Shown here piece by piece: positions 19,269-28,623 of a DNA stretch of 64,000 bases. Under the pieces are notes generated by a model. It was not told the origin of the DNA and did not search any database. It saw nothing but the letters and a program-made list of their open reading frames with translations. The stretch is from Bdellovibrionota bacterium (GTDB lineage Bacteria; Bdellovibrionota_C; UBA2361; CALJRW01): contig JBGSMD010000015.1 in NCBI GenBank assembly GCA_041740355.1, positions 1 to 64,000 on the forward strand, given 5' to 3'. The stretch's first letter is position 1; the number at the start of each line of letters is the position of its first letter. Position numbers and translations under genes: made by a program.

Positions 19269-20012
19269 TTATTGATATTTATTTACAAAATCTCGAAACT
19301 TACCAACAATCTCCGGTGAGCTTACCTTTAATAAATCAACGTGTTTGATTGCAGGCAATAAGATTATTTCCTTACTACCAACTTTTTCTTTATATAAACT
19401 TTCACTCATGGAATATGGAATAACTTCATCCTCAATACCATGAAAAAAAAGAATTGGGGTATTAATGGTTGATACTTTTAGCAGGGAATTAAAGCGAGGT
19501 TTAATCATTCGCCAGAGTGGCAATCTAGGAAACATAAACCTAGCCATTTCAATATTATTAGAGATTGTTGAATCAATAATTCCACAACTCACAGGATATT
19601 TAGTAAGTCCTTCAATTGCGATAGCCCCACCCAACGAAATACCATGAAGCACAATTCTAGAATAATCGAATTTCAGCTCTTCACGAACAAACTTCATCAC
19701 AAGATCTAACGCCTGATAACAACCAGCCTCACTTGGTTTACCACTTGATTGGCCATATCCCGGATAATCAAAAAGTAAGTAGGAAAAACCTGTGTTCTCA
19801 TAGAAATTATAAACACCATCAAGATTAGAAATATTAGAGGCATTCCCATGACAATTAACAACTAAGACTGGAGAATCAACTAATCTGTAGGCAATTTTTA
19901 TTTCTAGGCCTTGCCCAAGTAGTGTTTGCACTGTGCAGCCACTCGGAATCCGCGAAGCATCATAATCAGGATTGGGTTTAAAGGTAATTCGATCTTGAAT
20001 ATAATTAAGCAC
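19269..20012 (-). CDS. Alpha/beta hydrolase (ABHD13/17-like)
   Basis: HGNASN, DYPGYGQS, GISLGG, HGIEDEVIP and His motifs. Confidence 0.9.
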   Translation of the reverse strand: MLNYIQDRITFKPNPDYDASRIPSGCTVQTLLGQGLEIKIAYRLVDSPVLVVNCHGNASNISNLDGVYNFYENTGFSYLLFDYPGYGQSSGKPSEAGCYQALDLVMKFVREELKFDYSRIVLHGISLGGAIAIEGLTKYPVSCGIIDSTISNNIEMARFMFPRLPLWRMIKPRFNSLLKVSTINTPILFFHGIEDEVIPYSMSESLYKEKVGSKEIILLPAIKHVDLLKVSSPEIVGKFRDFVNKYQ

Positions 20013-20036
20013 GGAGTAACTAGTATAAGAAATTTA

Positions 20037-20099
20037 CAAAAAAAATCCGCGAAAAATATCTAACTACTGTTTTCGTCAGTTAAATACTTCTCGCGGATT
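20037..20099 (-). terminator. Long-stem intrinsic terminator
   Basis: ~22-bp imperfect stem aatccgcgagaagtatttaact/agttagatatttttcgcggatt plus T-run, just after the 20110 stop. Confidence 0.75.
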
Positions 20100-20109
20100 C
20101 GTGTCGGGT

Positions 20110-20913
20110 TTAGGCGACTTCTTCTGGTGCTTCCACTGCTGCTTCTTTTGCAGCTAAGCATACAGTATTGTCAGACGCCAAATGATAAACATCTAGTTCA
20201 TCACCAAAACGCTGAAATCCATATCTTACGGCACCTCCATTATCACGCAATAAATCGCGACATGCTTTATCTTGATCAGAAAACCAAAGTTCCTGATACT
20301 TAGAAAGCAACTCAGTATCATCAAGAAGTTCACGATCAATCATCGCAAGACATCTAGTATCAATCATTACTTTTCCTACCGAGGTTGGCGCATTCGCAAT
20401 AATCTCTTCGAAGTCTACTTCATCATGTGAAGAATCATGAATTACAATTCGACAAGAATAAGGATTACGCAGAATTCTGTAATTACCAGGGCTTAATTCT
20501 AAGACAACTCCACCGAATTTCTTAATCACTTCATTCTTTTCCGTCGGATCAGAATCAATTAGATCCAACAAAGAACGATGTAATTGAGGGTTAGCCAACA
20601 TAAATTGATCAATAATCACCATGTGACCACTTTCAATTGTGATTCTTTCACGAAGATTCCCGCTGTTATTATCGGAGCGTCCATATCTTCCTCGAGATCC
20701 ACCACCGCCACCTTGACGACGTGCGCCACCGCCACGCCAGTTGCTACCTCCGCCACTGCTTTGACCACGACCACCACCAAATCTGCGGCCGCCACCACCT
20801 TGTCCACGACCACCGCCACTACCAGTTCTTTGGCGTCCGTATCGTCCACCACCAGTTCCACCATTTCCACCACCGCTTCCGCGAGAATCTGAATTTCTCA
20901 TTGCGTTCTCCAA
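20110..20913 (-). CDS. Hypothetical protein with N-terminal RGG/Gly-rich disordered region
   Basis: About 80-aa Gly/Arg-rich N-terminus, globular C-terminus, own terminator. Confidence 0.8.
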   Translation of the reverse strand: MENAMRNSDSRGSGGGNGGTGGGRYGRQRTGSGGGRGQGGGGRRFGGGRGQSSGGGSNWRGGGARRQGGGGGSRGRYGRSDNNSGNLRERITIESGHMVIIDQFMLANPQLHRSLLDLIDSDPTEKNEVIKKFGGVVLELSPGNYRILRNPYSCRIVIHDSSHDEVDFEEIIANAPTSVGKVMIDTRCLAMIDRELLDDTELLSKYQELWFSDQDKACRDLLRDNGGAVRYGFQRFGDELDVYHLASDNTVCLAAKEAAVEAPEEVA

Positions 20914-21593
20914 TTATATATAAAAAGTTTTTTGGCTTAGCTAGACTTACCTAATATCGATATTTAAAATTCTTTACTAATCTCTAAGATTCAAGTTAGA
21001 GATTACCTAGTAATGTGAAAATACACGTTACTGGAACAGTTTAATTAATATTTAAAGTATATTTGAAAAAATTTATTTTTCGATCAAAACAGGCAATTTC
21101 AATTATAAGTATTAATTAAATCTTAAAACTAAATTCACTAGGATCTACAAAATAAATGGCTTCAATTCATTCTCGATTAGAATTTATGGCGATATTTAAA
21201 GTAAAGTCAGCAATCTTAAAAAAATTAATCACAATGATTCTTTTACTGATGTAAATAAGCTCAATTTAGGGAGACTTTTCACAGCTGTGATAGCCAAACA
21301 AATTATCTGCAAAACAGATTGCTATAAACTATTAATTAAAATTATTGTGATTATCGTAAATCTTTGATTCAATTTAATGACCACATAAGTAGTAAGCTCC
21401 AAGCAAGAACCTTAAATTTTAAGGGAAAATATTTTCTGGGCTTACCATAATTTATTGACTTAGAACTTCTAAAGAAATTCTTAAATGCTACACTTAGCTC
21501 TAAAAGTCACTAACCTGCTAGTCAAAGAATCAAAGTAAGTACTTAATATAACTTAATTTTCTGCTTTTATCCAGTGCCGTCCTTATTTACTAA

Positions 21594-22208
21594 CTATTCT
21601 AGATCATTAGTTATTTTATATTTACAGTCATCCCGCACGAGACACTTAGAACATTTGCGTAAATCTGGAGTAGCCTTAACAGGCAGATCATCCTCCAAGA
21701 CTGCTCGCATTTCCGCAAGAAAGACATCCAACCATGCTTGTTTTTTTTGAGTATTTAAAATCTTAACACTGCGAGCTTTTTTCCCAAGAATTAGATACCC
21801 ATAAGGGGGTCGCTTACCTTCGAATTCTTCAATCAAGCGCATGCTAACTAAAAGCTCGACAACAAAGCGATCGCGGATCTTATTAGCTAATGGTTTACGT
21901 TCAATTGGAATTAGAAATCCACCTTCTCGCAAAAGCGCATCTGGCCTAGCTCTGAGTAATTGAATGTCAGAAACATACTCCTTCGTTTCTTTAAAAATGT
22001 TGCTAGGAGTCAAAATGGAATTTACTTCTGGGCTAACCCCCGAATCTTTTCGTTTTTTTATAGCTATCGTCGAGAATACTTCTAAAACAATTACTAAAAC
22101 AACTAAAAGAATCAGTAACCAAAAAATTAGCGATGTAGTTTTTGATAGCTCGGTAAAAAGCAAATTGAGTTCATTTCCTAACTGACTAATATATTCTTTA
22201 ATCATCAA
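21594..22208 (-). CDS. Membrane-anchored Cas4-like PD-(D/E)XK nuclease, C-terminal part
   Basis: N-terminal TM helix; RPD..IPIERK; GKRPPYGYL; C-terminal CSKCLVRDDC. Confidence 0.8.
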   Translation of the reverse strand: MMIKEYISQLGNELNLLFTELSKTTSLIFWLLILLVVLVIVLEVFSTIAIKKRKDSGVSPEVNSILTPSNIFKETKEYVSDIQLLRARPDALLREGGFLIPIERKPLANKIRDRFVVELLVSMRLIEEFEGKRPPYGYLILGKKARSVKILNTQKKQAWLDVFLAEMRAVLEDDLPVKATPDLRKCSKCLVRDDCKYKITNDLE

Positions 22209-22218
22209 TTGGGGCGAT

Positions 22219-22491
22219 CTAAAATGAGCGTATTTGTGTAAAAAGGTAGAGAATAATCAAGAAAAAGATCATAAAAATGATCAAATTAGTCGCCCAAGTA
22301 AAGTAGCGAGCAGCATCAAAATCCTCTAACCAAAGCTTCTTTCTTTCCAGACGTTCAGGCTCTGAGGTTTGCTCAGATAGAATAATTTTTTGGCGATGAA
22401 GCAAATTCCAGCTCTCTGGGCAATGTAAATAACTTGCGACTTCTTTTGCACTAATAATAATCCGACCATCTTTAGATAATTCAGCCATCAA
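22219..22491 (-). CDS. Small membrane protein carrying the Cas4 N-terminal Cys motif
   Basis: ISAKEVASYLHCPESWNL followed by a C-terminal TM helix; 10 bp upstream of the Cas4-like gene. Confidence 0.75.
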   Translation of the reverse strand: MMAELSKDGRIIISAKEVASYLHCPESWNLLHRQKIILSEQTSEPERLERKKLWLEDFDAARYFTWATNLIIFMIFFLIILYLFTQIRSF

Positions 22492-22646
22492 GAAAATAAA
22501 TTGGAAAATTAAGACTAAGTAAATATGTTAACGTAGTATGCTTTCAGCAGTTTTAACTTGTCAAGATAAACTTCAATTCGCACGAAAATAATTAAACAAA
22601 TACACCAAGACAATTATCCCTGCCATCAAATCTTGAGTAGTGAAAT

Positions 22647-22794
22647 TATAGTAAACCCAAAAAAGGTTTTCCGAAAAACAGATTAACTAAGACTGTAGCT
22701 GACTTTTATCTTTTTTAACCTGAAGTAGTTAAAGAATGTAAATTTATAGATAAACCTTTGGTTTAACTCTGTTTTTTTAGTTGGGTTTACTATT
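22647..22794. repeat. ~147-bp element with 13-bp terminal inverted repeat
   Basis: atagtaaacccaa ... ttgggtttactat. Confidence 0.6.
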
Positions 22795-22821
22795 TGTCTG
22801 TTAGCTCCCGCTGGTCGCTTC

Positions 22822-22879
22822 TATAGTCATAATGTATTTAATAATTTCCTAACGGAAATTATTTTTTGGAATGACTATA
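22822..22879. repeat. Solo hairpin module related to the 146-bp family
   Basis: tatagtcat...aatttcctaacggaaatt...atgactata. Confidence 0.7.
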
Positions 22880-22892
22880 AAATAATAAAAAT

Positions 22893-23375
22893 TTATTTTT
22901 TACTGACAATTTTTTGAAGAATATCGTTAAGTTTAGAACCAGTTAATAAGTTCTGTCTAGCAGTTGTTGTTAGATCATAGACGGACCTTAAATCAGGTGC
23001 AGTTAAAATTTCTTCATAACGACTATCACAAATAGGAATATGTGCAGTTTCGATAATGTATTGAACTTCTGGAGATTGATTATTTGTTATCTTCCAAAAT
23101 GCGTATTTTGCGGTTGCTGAATAAAAACGACAGCTAAGTACAAATGAATTCATCTCAGTAACTTCAATCGCAACTACTAAATCTTGATCCCCACCCTTTA
23201 GACTAAAATTAAATTTCAAGGCTTCTAACCAAGCTTTCTTAGCACGATAAGCTGAGATTTCATCGGGATAATTACCATGAATTGTATCAGTGTCCGGATC
23301 AAAACAGACTCCTTCAAAATATGGAATTTCCTTAATTTGTGGCAACTGTTTTGTTTGGATTTGAACTGAATTCAT
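22893..23375 (-). CDS. Hypothetical protein
   Basis: 160-aa ORF with AAGG RBS upstream. Confidence 0.7.
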   Translation of the reverse strand: MNSVQIQTKQLPQIKEIPYFEGVCFDPDTDTIHGNYPDEISAYRAKKAWLEALKFNFSLKGGDQDLVVAIEVTEMNSFVLSCRFYSATAKYAFWKITNNQSPEVQYIIETAHIPICDSRYEEILTAPDLRSVYDLTTTARQNLLTGSKLNDILQKIVSKK

Positions 23376-23452
23376 TACTTTACCTTGATAAAAACCTGCA
23401 CTTTTTAACTGATACTCCTAATTAAAGAGTATTAAAGTTAACTGCGTATTAA

Positions 23453-23480
23453 GCATCGGCTGAAAGATTAGGAAACTTAA
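23453..23480 (-). promoter_or_regulatory. Possible sigma-28-type promoter for 22893-23375
   Basis: TTAAGTTT-N12-GCCGATGC; spacing is 1 bp longer than consensus. Confidence 0.4.
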
Positions 23481-23610
23481 GCTTTATTAAAAGACCAGAC
23501 AGATAAAAAACAATAATATATTCAAGATGTTAAGCTTTTAAAATTACAATTTCTTCAGCTTACTAGGAAATAAAGTAGGCTCCAAATTAATTTCGGAAAA
23601 GGCCATTTAT

Positions 23611-23674
23611 TATAGTTATGACAAAAATCACAAAACTAACTTTTAAATATTCGGCAATTCCATTTTGTCATAAT
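23611..23674. repeat. Solo module B of the 146-bp element
   Basis: tatagttatgacaaaaatcacaaaactaactttt...ttttgtcataat. Confidence 0.8.
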
Positions 23675-23788
23675 TTCACATTCAGCTTTTGCGACTCCAG
23701 CCATAGTCTTTCTCTGTTTTAGCATCTGGAATAATGGAATAAACGATCTTCGCCTTACATCTCCCAAATTATTGCACCTAAGTTGGGT

Positions 23789-24541
23789 TTAAATATAAAA
23801 AGATAACTGATTTGACTGTAAGCCTAAGAAACTTACATTTTGTAAAATTGCCTCTCTTAAATGTTCGTCCCAAGTGTTAGGGTCTGAGCGAAAATGCTGA
23901 ATGTTACTGGAATAAAAAGGGAAGGTTAATGTTTGAGTATTTTTATTAGTACTAAGTGTTAACTCTTCCTGACTAGCAGATGTCTGATAACTAGCAACGG
24001 TGACACCTTGATCGGCAAAACTTAAAGCCAAAATTCCTGTTAGTAGATCATGATTACTATGCGTTAGTAATAATTTAGGTTTTAATTCGGTAACTAGGCG
24101 ACGAGCGGAAATTGCTAAGGAGAGCGCTGTTTTCTGTAATTTGCTAAGAGCCACTTGATCTGCTGCAAAATTTTGAGAATATTTCTGTAATAACTCGACA
24201 CCGGCAAGTGATAAAATATTTTCTAAAAAAGTGCTATCAGCAAAATTTTGATTGATCCTTTTTAAATCTTCAGAATTTAAATATTTAGATAAGGCTTGAT
24301 CTTTTAAGCTTGACCAAGAGATCAAAGTCTTTTGAGAATTCATGCAGACAACACAAGGCCGCTTATGATTAACTTGATTGTAAAAATCAAGACTACAACG
24401 TTCTAAACAACCATCACATTTAATGGCCACAACTTCGGACTTATGATGATGTAAGTAACTTGATAATAGAAAGATGAAATTTGAGGATACTAAATCAGCA
24501 TCAGTGGAGTTGCCATAAGGACTAAATACAGCAATCCTCAT
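23789..24541 (-). CDS. Hypothetical protein with Cys cluster; weak resemblance to the N-terminal domain of GT-B/capsule biosynthesis proteins
   Basis: MRIAVFSPYG start; CDGCLERC...RPCVVC. Confidence 0.6.
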   Translation of the reverse strand: MRIAVFSPYGNSTDADLVSSNFIFLLSSYLHHHKSEVVAIKCDGCLERCSLDFYNQVNHKRPCVVCMNSQKTLISWSSLKDQALSKYLNSEDLKRINQNFADSTFLENILSLAGVELLQKYSQNFAADQVALSKLQKTALSLAISARRLVTELKPKLLLTHSNHDLLTGILALSFADQGVTVASYQTSASQEELTLSTNKNTQTLTFPFYSSNIQHFRSDPNTWDEHLREAILQNVSFLGLQSNQLSFYI

Positions 24542-25242
24542 AGAGTCTGAACGTTCTGTAAAGCATTCGTCTGACGATTTCGTTCTAGATAGAAATAAAC
24601 AACTTCTGGTGCTGGAGTTTGTAGGTGATAGTTATTAATTAACATCTCCCCTTGACTAGTAATTTGAGTTAAACCAGATTTTAAATAATCATCACTAATT
24701 TTAAGTTCTTGAACGGAACCCGATAAAAGCTGATTAGTTGGTTTTTGTTCTGCGCGCACAAGCCCTGCTGGCAAACCATTATTATAGACCACGCCTGAAG
24801 CATTAATCGCGACAAGAGAACTAGTGATACCTTCCGCCGAGCGACAGATGCCATTTAATTCAAAATTATGAGATGAGTTGATGTAGCGTGCTTCAAATCG
24901 TAGGATTTGATCAGTGCCTAATAATTCTGTTAAACAAACGGAGTTACTTAAATCTAATTGTGCTTGCTGGGGACATTTTAACTGCAAAGAAACTCCATAC
25001 AAACCTTGATACTGACTAAGCAAGGCTGGAAAAACTTGATCTAAGATAATTCCATCTGGCTGAGAAAGTCGGGCACCTTCCATCGTAATTTGAACAGTCT
25101 CGAAATCATTTCCAAAAATACTAAGCGTTAATTCTACTGGATAAGTTGCCGAGATTGATCCGGAATATGGGAAAAAATGGATCGCTGTTCGAATCGTAGA
25201 ATCATGATAGGCAAAGGAAAGCCAATGATAAACTTTTGACAT
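24538..25242 (-). CDS. Hypothetical protein
   Basis: 234-aa ORF translationally coupled to both neighbours. Confidence 0.7.
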   Translation of the reverse strand: MSKVYHWLSFAYHDSTIRTAIHFFPYSGSISATYPVELTLSIFGNDFETVQITMEGARLSQPDGIILDQVFPALLSQYQGLYGVSLQLKCPQQAQLDLSNSVCLTELLGTDQILRFEARYINSSHNFELNGICRSAEGITSSLVAINASGVVYNNGLPAGLVRAEQKPTNQLLSGSVQELKISDDYLKSGLTQITSQGEMLINNYHLQTPAPEVVYFYLERNRQTNALQNVQTL

Positions 25243-25244
25243 TT

Positions 25245-26012
25245 TTATTCCATCACTTGTTGATTAAAATTAGATCGTGAATATTTTTGTTCTAATAATC
25301 GCACTGCCAGATCATTACTGGAGTAACTTACTATTCTTAAATATGCTTGTTGATCATGATGTGGATCCAGTTCAAGATATTCGGCAAACTGCTCTTCGAT
25401 GATTAGCGTTTCTGATCCATAACCTTTAATTTTTACTTCTAGCTCCGGAGAACGAGTGCCAGTGTAAAGACGAATTTTCAGCATGCTATCAGTTTGACCC
25501 AAATTATTTAGGGCAATCATATTTTGAGACTTAGTAGATAAATGTAATGGGAAAAATCCAGCTTTTTCTCGACTTAATTTACAAACTGGACTAACCATCA
25601 AGTCTTGATTACTAGAAGAAATCTCACAAAAATGTGTTGTGCCAACAGCAGAAACTATCTCTACACTTCCTTGGCGAATGCCAGCTTGTAATTTGCAATT
25701 GCCCGAGAGGCCATCCAGCTCAATCATTCCTGGAAGTCCATGAGTGAACTTAAGCATTAATTGATTGGTTAGCTGCCCATCAATATCATAAATTTTTAAT
25801 TGATGTTGATTATGAGCATCCTGTCGGGCTGGAGAAAGATAAACTGTAGATCTAAAATACTCATCTGCTGCAAACCAAAAAAAAGACCGAGTATATTCGG
25901 CTACCTGTGGTGCAGCAGCAATTGTACTGTCATGACTATTGCTATTTGAATCTGAAAAAATAAAATTTTCCTGCATACTTATTAGGGGATCACTGGTTAA
26001 ACTACGAATCAT
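25245..26012 (-). CDS. Hypothetical beta-rich protein
   Basis: 255-aa ORF, first gene of a tight three-gene operon. Confidence 0.7.
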   Translation of the reverse strand: MIRSLTSDPLISMQENFIFSDSNSNSHDSTIAAAPQVAEYTRSFFWFAADEYFRSTVYLSPARQDAHNQHQLKIYDIDGQLTNQLMLKFTHGLPGMIELDGLSGNCKLQAGIRQGSVEIVSAVGTTHFCEISSSNQDLMVSPVCKLSREKAGFFPLHLSTKSQNMIALNNLGQTDSMLKIRLYTGTRSPELEVKIKGYGSETLIIEEQFAEYLELDPHHDQQAYLRIVSYSSNDLAVRLLEQKYSRSNFNQQVME

Positions 26013-26199
26013 ATTAGTAACAATGGTGAAACTACAAAGAATCTAACCTATGGGAATTACTAGCTAACAATTTCGTCGGAATAATAGAATAACTTACTAC
26101 TTACTCAAAATCAAATCAAAAAACAGCCAAATGTAAATCTAAACGTTCCTCCATTTTTATTAGTTCAGCGACAGCGACTAGCAGCTTTTTATCATAGCC

Positions 26200-26779
26200 A
26201 TGTTCCACCATTAGAGTCTCTAAGTGTCCTTTTACAGCAGTTTCTTTAATGGCTAAATTTAGCAATTATTGGCATCAAATCTTGCACTTTTTGTGAATTA
26301 ATCTCAGTTTTACGAACTTTTTTAAGTCGTGCTTTCTCGTACTTACATTCATAGGCTGCTGCGCCTGTTTTTAATAGCTAAAATAAACTTACAACAAGAT
26401 CTTAAGCTTTTACTTGGCAAATCGGGTCGAAGTTTTTGGACAAGTTTTAAAGTGTCTACAATGCCGTTCATTTTAATTCCATGACGTGTAAATTGCCACG
26501 CTTCAAAGGCAGCATTATGAGCGATAATACTTGGTGATATTTCCTGGGGCACAGGCTTTAAAAGCTCTTCCTATCCCTGTAAACTTAAGGGGTCAATAAA
26601 AAACCTACTTGGTAGTTGGAGCACCAATTTGAATCAGACCCAGTTGCTCATTTCCAGACTTCCAACCAAAGGTCTCAGTATCTAAAGATAAAAAGTCCTC
26701 GGCAGATAGCTGTGGGAAGCAAGTTCACTAATTTCTTGAGATCAATCCAGCAGATTTCCCAAGTTGGCGAATAATTCAT
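26200..26779 (-). pseudogene. Decayed 3'-5' exonuclease (RNase D/DnaQ-like DEDD)
   Basis: LSLDTETFGW..LGLIQIG and IIAHNAAFE..IVDTLKL..SLRSCC motifs interrupted by stops and frameshifts; 3' boundary approximate. Confidence 0.75.
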
Positions 26780-26885
26780 ATTTGGATATAGTAATTTCTG
26801 TATTAAGAATGTCAGACCTTTAATTAATTGCGCTAGCTAATAAATTGTATTTTCATCTTGCTCTAAAAACAAGCAAATTATAATA

Positions 26886-27866
26886 ATGAAAAAAATTCTT
26901 CTCAAAACACTTCCTTGGATTATAACTATAATCGCGCTATATTTAGCTTTCAAGGGTGTTCACATCACTGAAGTGACAGAAACTATTCTGGCAGGTAATC
27001 CCTTATGGTTAGCACTGGCAGTAGTCTTTACTATTTTCTCCTACGTCTTACGCGCTTATCGCTGGCAATTCTTATTTCCCAGCAAAGTGATCAGCTTTAG
27101 CAATGCCTACAAGGTCCTAATCCTAGGTTTCTTTATGAATAACATTTTACCAGCACGAGCTGGCGAGATTGTCAGGGCTCACTTGGGCGCAAAGTTTACA
27201 AACACCAAAAGAACTCTAGTTCTGGCAACAGTTGCTAGTGAAAGATTAACAGATGGATTAATGCTCAGCATTATGTTTGTAATCTACGTACTGTTAACAC
27301 CGAAAGAGGCCATTTCTAACGGTATGTTACTAGTTGCCGGGATGTTTTTCATTGCGACCTTTATGGTCCTCTTATTATTATTACTTCGCAAACGTATTTT
27401 TGGTTACGCTGAAAATTTAGCTAATCGCTTCAATAATAAAGCTATTCTTTATGCGGTGGATCGTTTCCAAGTATTTATTAACGGCTTAGCTCCTATGTTT
27501 AACCGCCGTCGTTTACCAATAACGGCAGCCTTAACAATTATTATTTGGACGATTGAACTCCTGGCATATTACTTTATTGTGCGAGCCTTTTCGGCTGAAC
27601 TAAGTCTTTTTTCTTGCATCCTATTTTTAGCTGCCGTAAATTTCAGTTCACTAATTCCAGCAGCCCCCGCAGGGATTGGCGTAATTGAAGCTGTAGCTTC
27701 TGGTGTGTTAGTCGCACATGGACTTGATAAAGGGCTTGCCCTATCAATGGTTATATCTCAACATTTGATTCAAATCTTAGTCATCGCAATACCAGGAACT
27801 TATTTTGCAATCACCTTAAAAAAACATTTAAACTCAATTTCCACAGAAACTAATGACGAATCTTAA
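26886..27866 (+). CDS. Lysylphosphatidylglycerol synthase TM-domain protein (UPF0104/AglD2-like flippase)
   Basis: LRAYRW, NNILPARAGEIVR, ERLTDG, PAAPAGIGVIE motifs. Confidence 0.9.
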   Translation: MKKILLKTLPWIITIIALYLAFKGVHITEVTETILAGNPLWLALAVVFTIFSYVLRAYRWQFLFPSKVISFSNAYKVLILGFFMNNILPARAGEIVRAHLGAKFTNTKRTLVLATVASERLTDGLMLSIMFVIYVLLTPKEAISNGMLLVAGMFFIATFMVLLLLLLRKRIFGYAENLANRFNNKAILYAVDRFQVFINGLAPMFNRRRLPITAALTIIIWTIELLAYYFIVRAFSAELSLFSCILFLAAVNFSSLIPAAPAGIGVIEAVASGVLVAHGLDKGLALSMVISQHLIQILVIAIPGTYFAITLKKHLNSISTETNDES

Positions 27867-28623
27867 AGCGGCACAAAGTTACTGGCAGGAAATAGAGCCT
27901 GAAATTCAACATTTTGATTTAGCAATTGTTATTCCCGCATTCAATGAAGAAAAAAGAATTGTTCCCACGCTGCTGAAATTACAAGAATATTTTTCTTCAT
28001 CTAATTTTAACTATCAAGTCATCGTAGTTGACGACGGAAGTACCGATCGCACTTCGGAAACTGTGATTAACCTTTCCTCGCAAATTAACAATCTGGAGGT
28101 AGTTACACTGCAACCAAATGTTGGCAAAGGTTGGGCCGTACGTTCGGGAGTTCTTGCTTCACGTGCCAAGTTAATTTTATTTTGTGACGCCGATGGAGCT
28201 ACTCCTTTTAGTGAATTTGAAAAGCTTTATCAGGAAATTAATGCTGGTGCAAAAATTGCTATTGGTTCTCGTGCTATACCACACGCCACAGAACAATTAA
28301 AAACCAATTTTCTAAGAAAAACCTTAGGTCGAACTTTCAACTTTCTTGTAAATCTACTAATTCTTCCTAAATACTATGACACACAATGTGGATTTAAATT
28401 ATTTCAAGCACCAGCTGGACAGATCATTTTTTACCTTCTATCCAGAAAGGGATTTAGTTTTGATCTGGAAGTTTTATTTTTAGCAAAAAAACTTGGGTTT
28501 ACCGTGAAAGAAGTCGCCGTGAATTGGACTAACATCGCGGGCTCAAAAGTAAACATAGTTCAAGATTCGACAAAAATGTTTATCGATATTTTTAAGATTC
28601 GCCTTTATTGGCGACAGCGCTAG
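27853..28623 (+). CDS. GT2 dolichyl/polyprenyl-phosphate glycosyltransferase
   Basis: IPAFNEE, VDDGSTD, GKG, DADG, DTQCGFKLF, FDLE motifs. Confidence 0.92.
   Translation: MTNLKAAQSYWQEIEPEIQHFDLAIVIPAFNEEKRIVPTLLKLQEYFSSSNFNYQVIVVDDGSTDRTSETVINLSSQINNLEVVTLQPNVGKGWAVRSGVLASRAKLILFCDADGATPFSEFEKLYQEINAGAKIAIGSRAIPHATEQLKTNFLRKTLGRTFNFLVNLLILPKYYDTQCGFKLFQAPAGQIIFYLLSRKGFSFDLEVLFLAKKLGFTVKEVAVNWTNIAGSKVNIVQDSTKMFIDIFKIRLYWRQR

Noticed and set aside
20584-20954. Three short ORFs (Thr-, Val- and His-rich)
   Set aside because: Alternative-frame shadows of the Gly/Arg-rich codons in 20110-20913
21594-22879. Cas4 plus nearby palindromes as a CRISPR-Cas locus
   Set aside because: No regularly spaced direct repeats and no other cas genes; the palindromes belong to dispersed families
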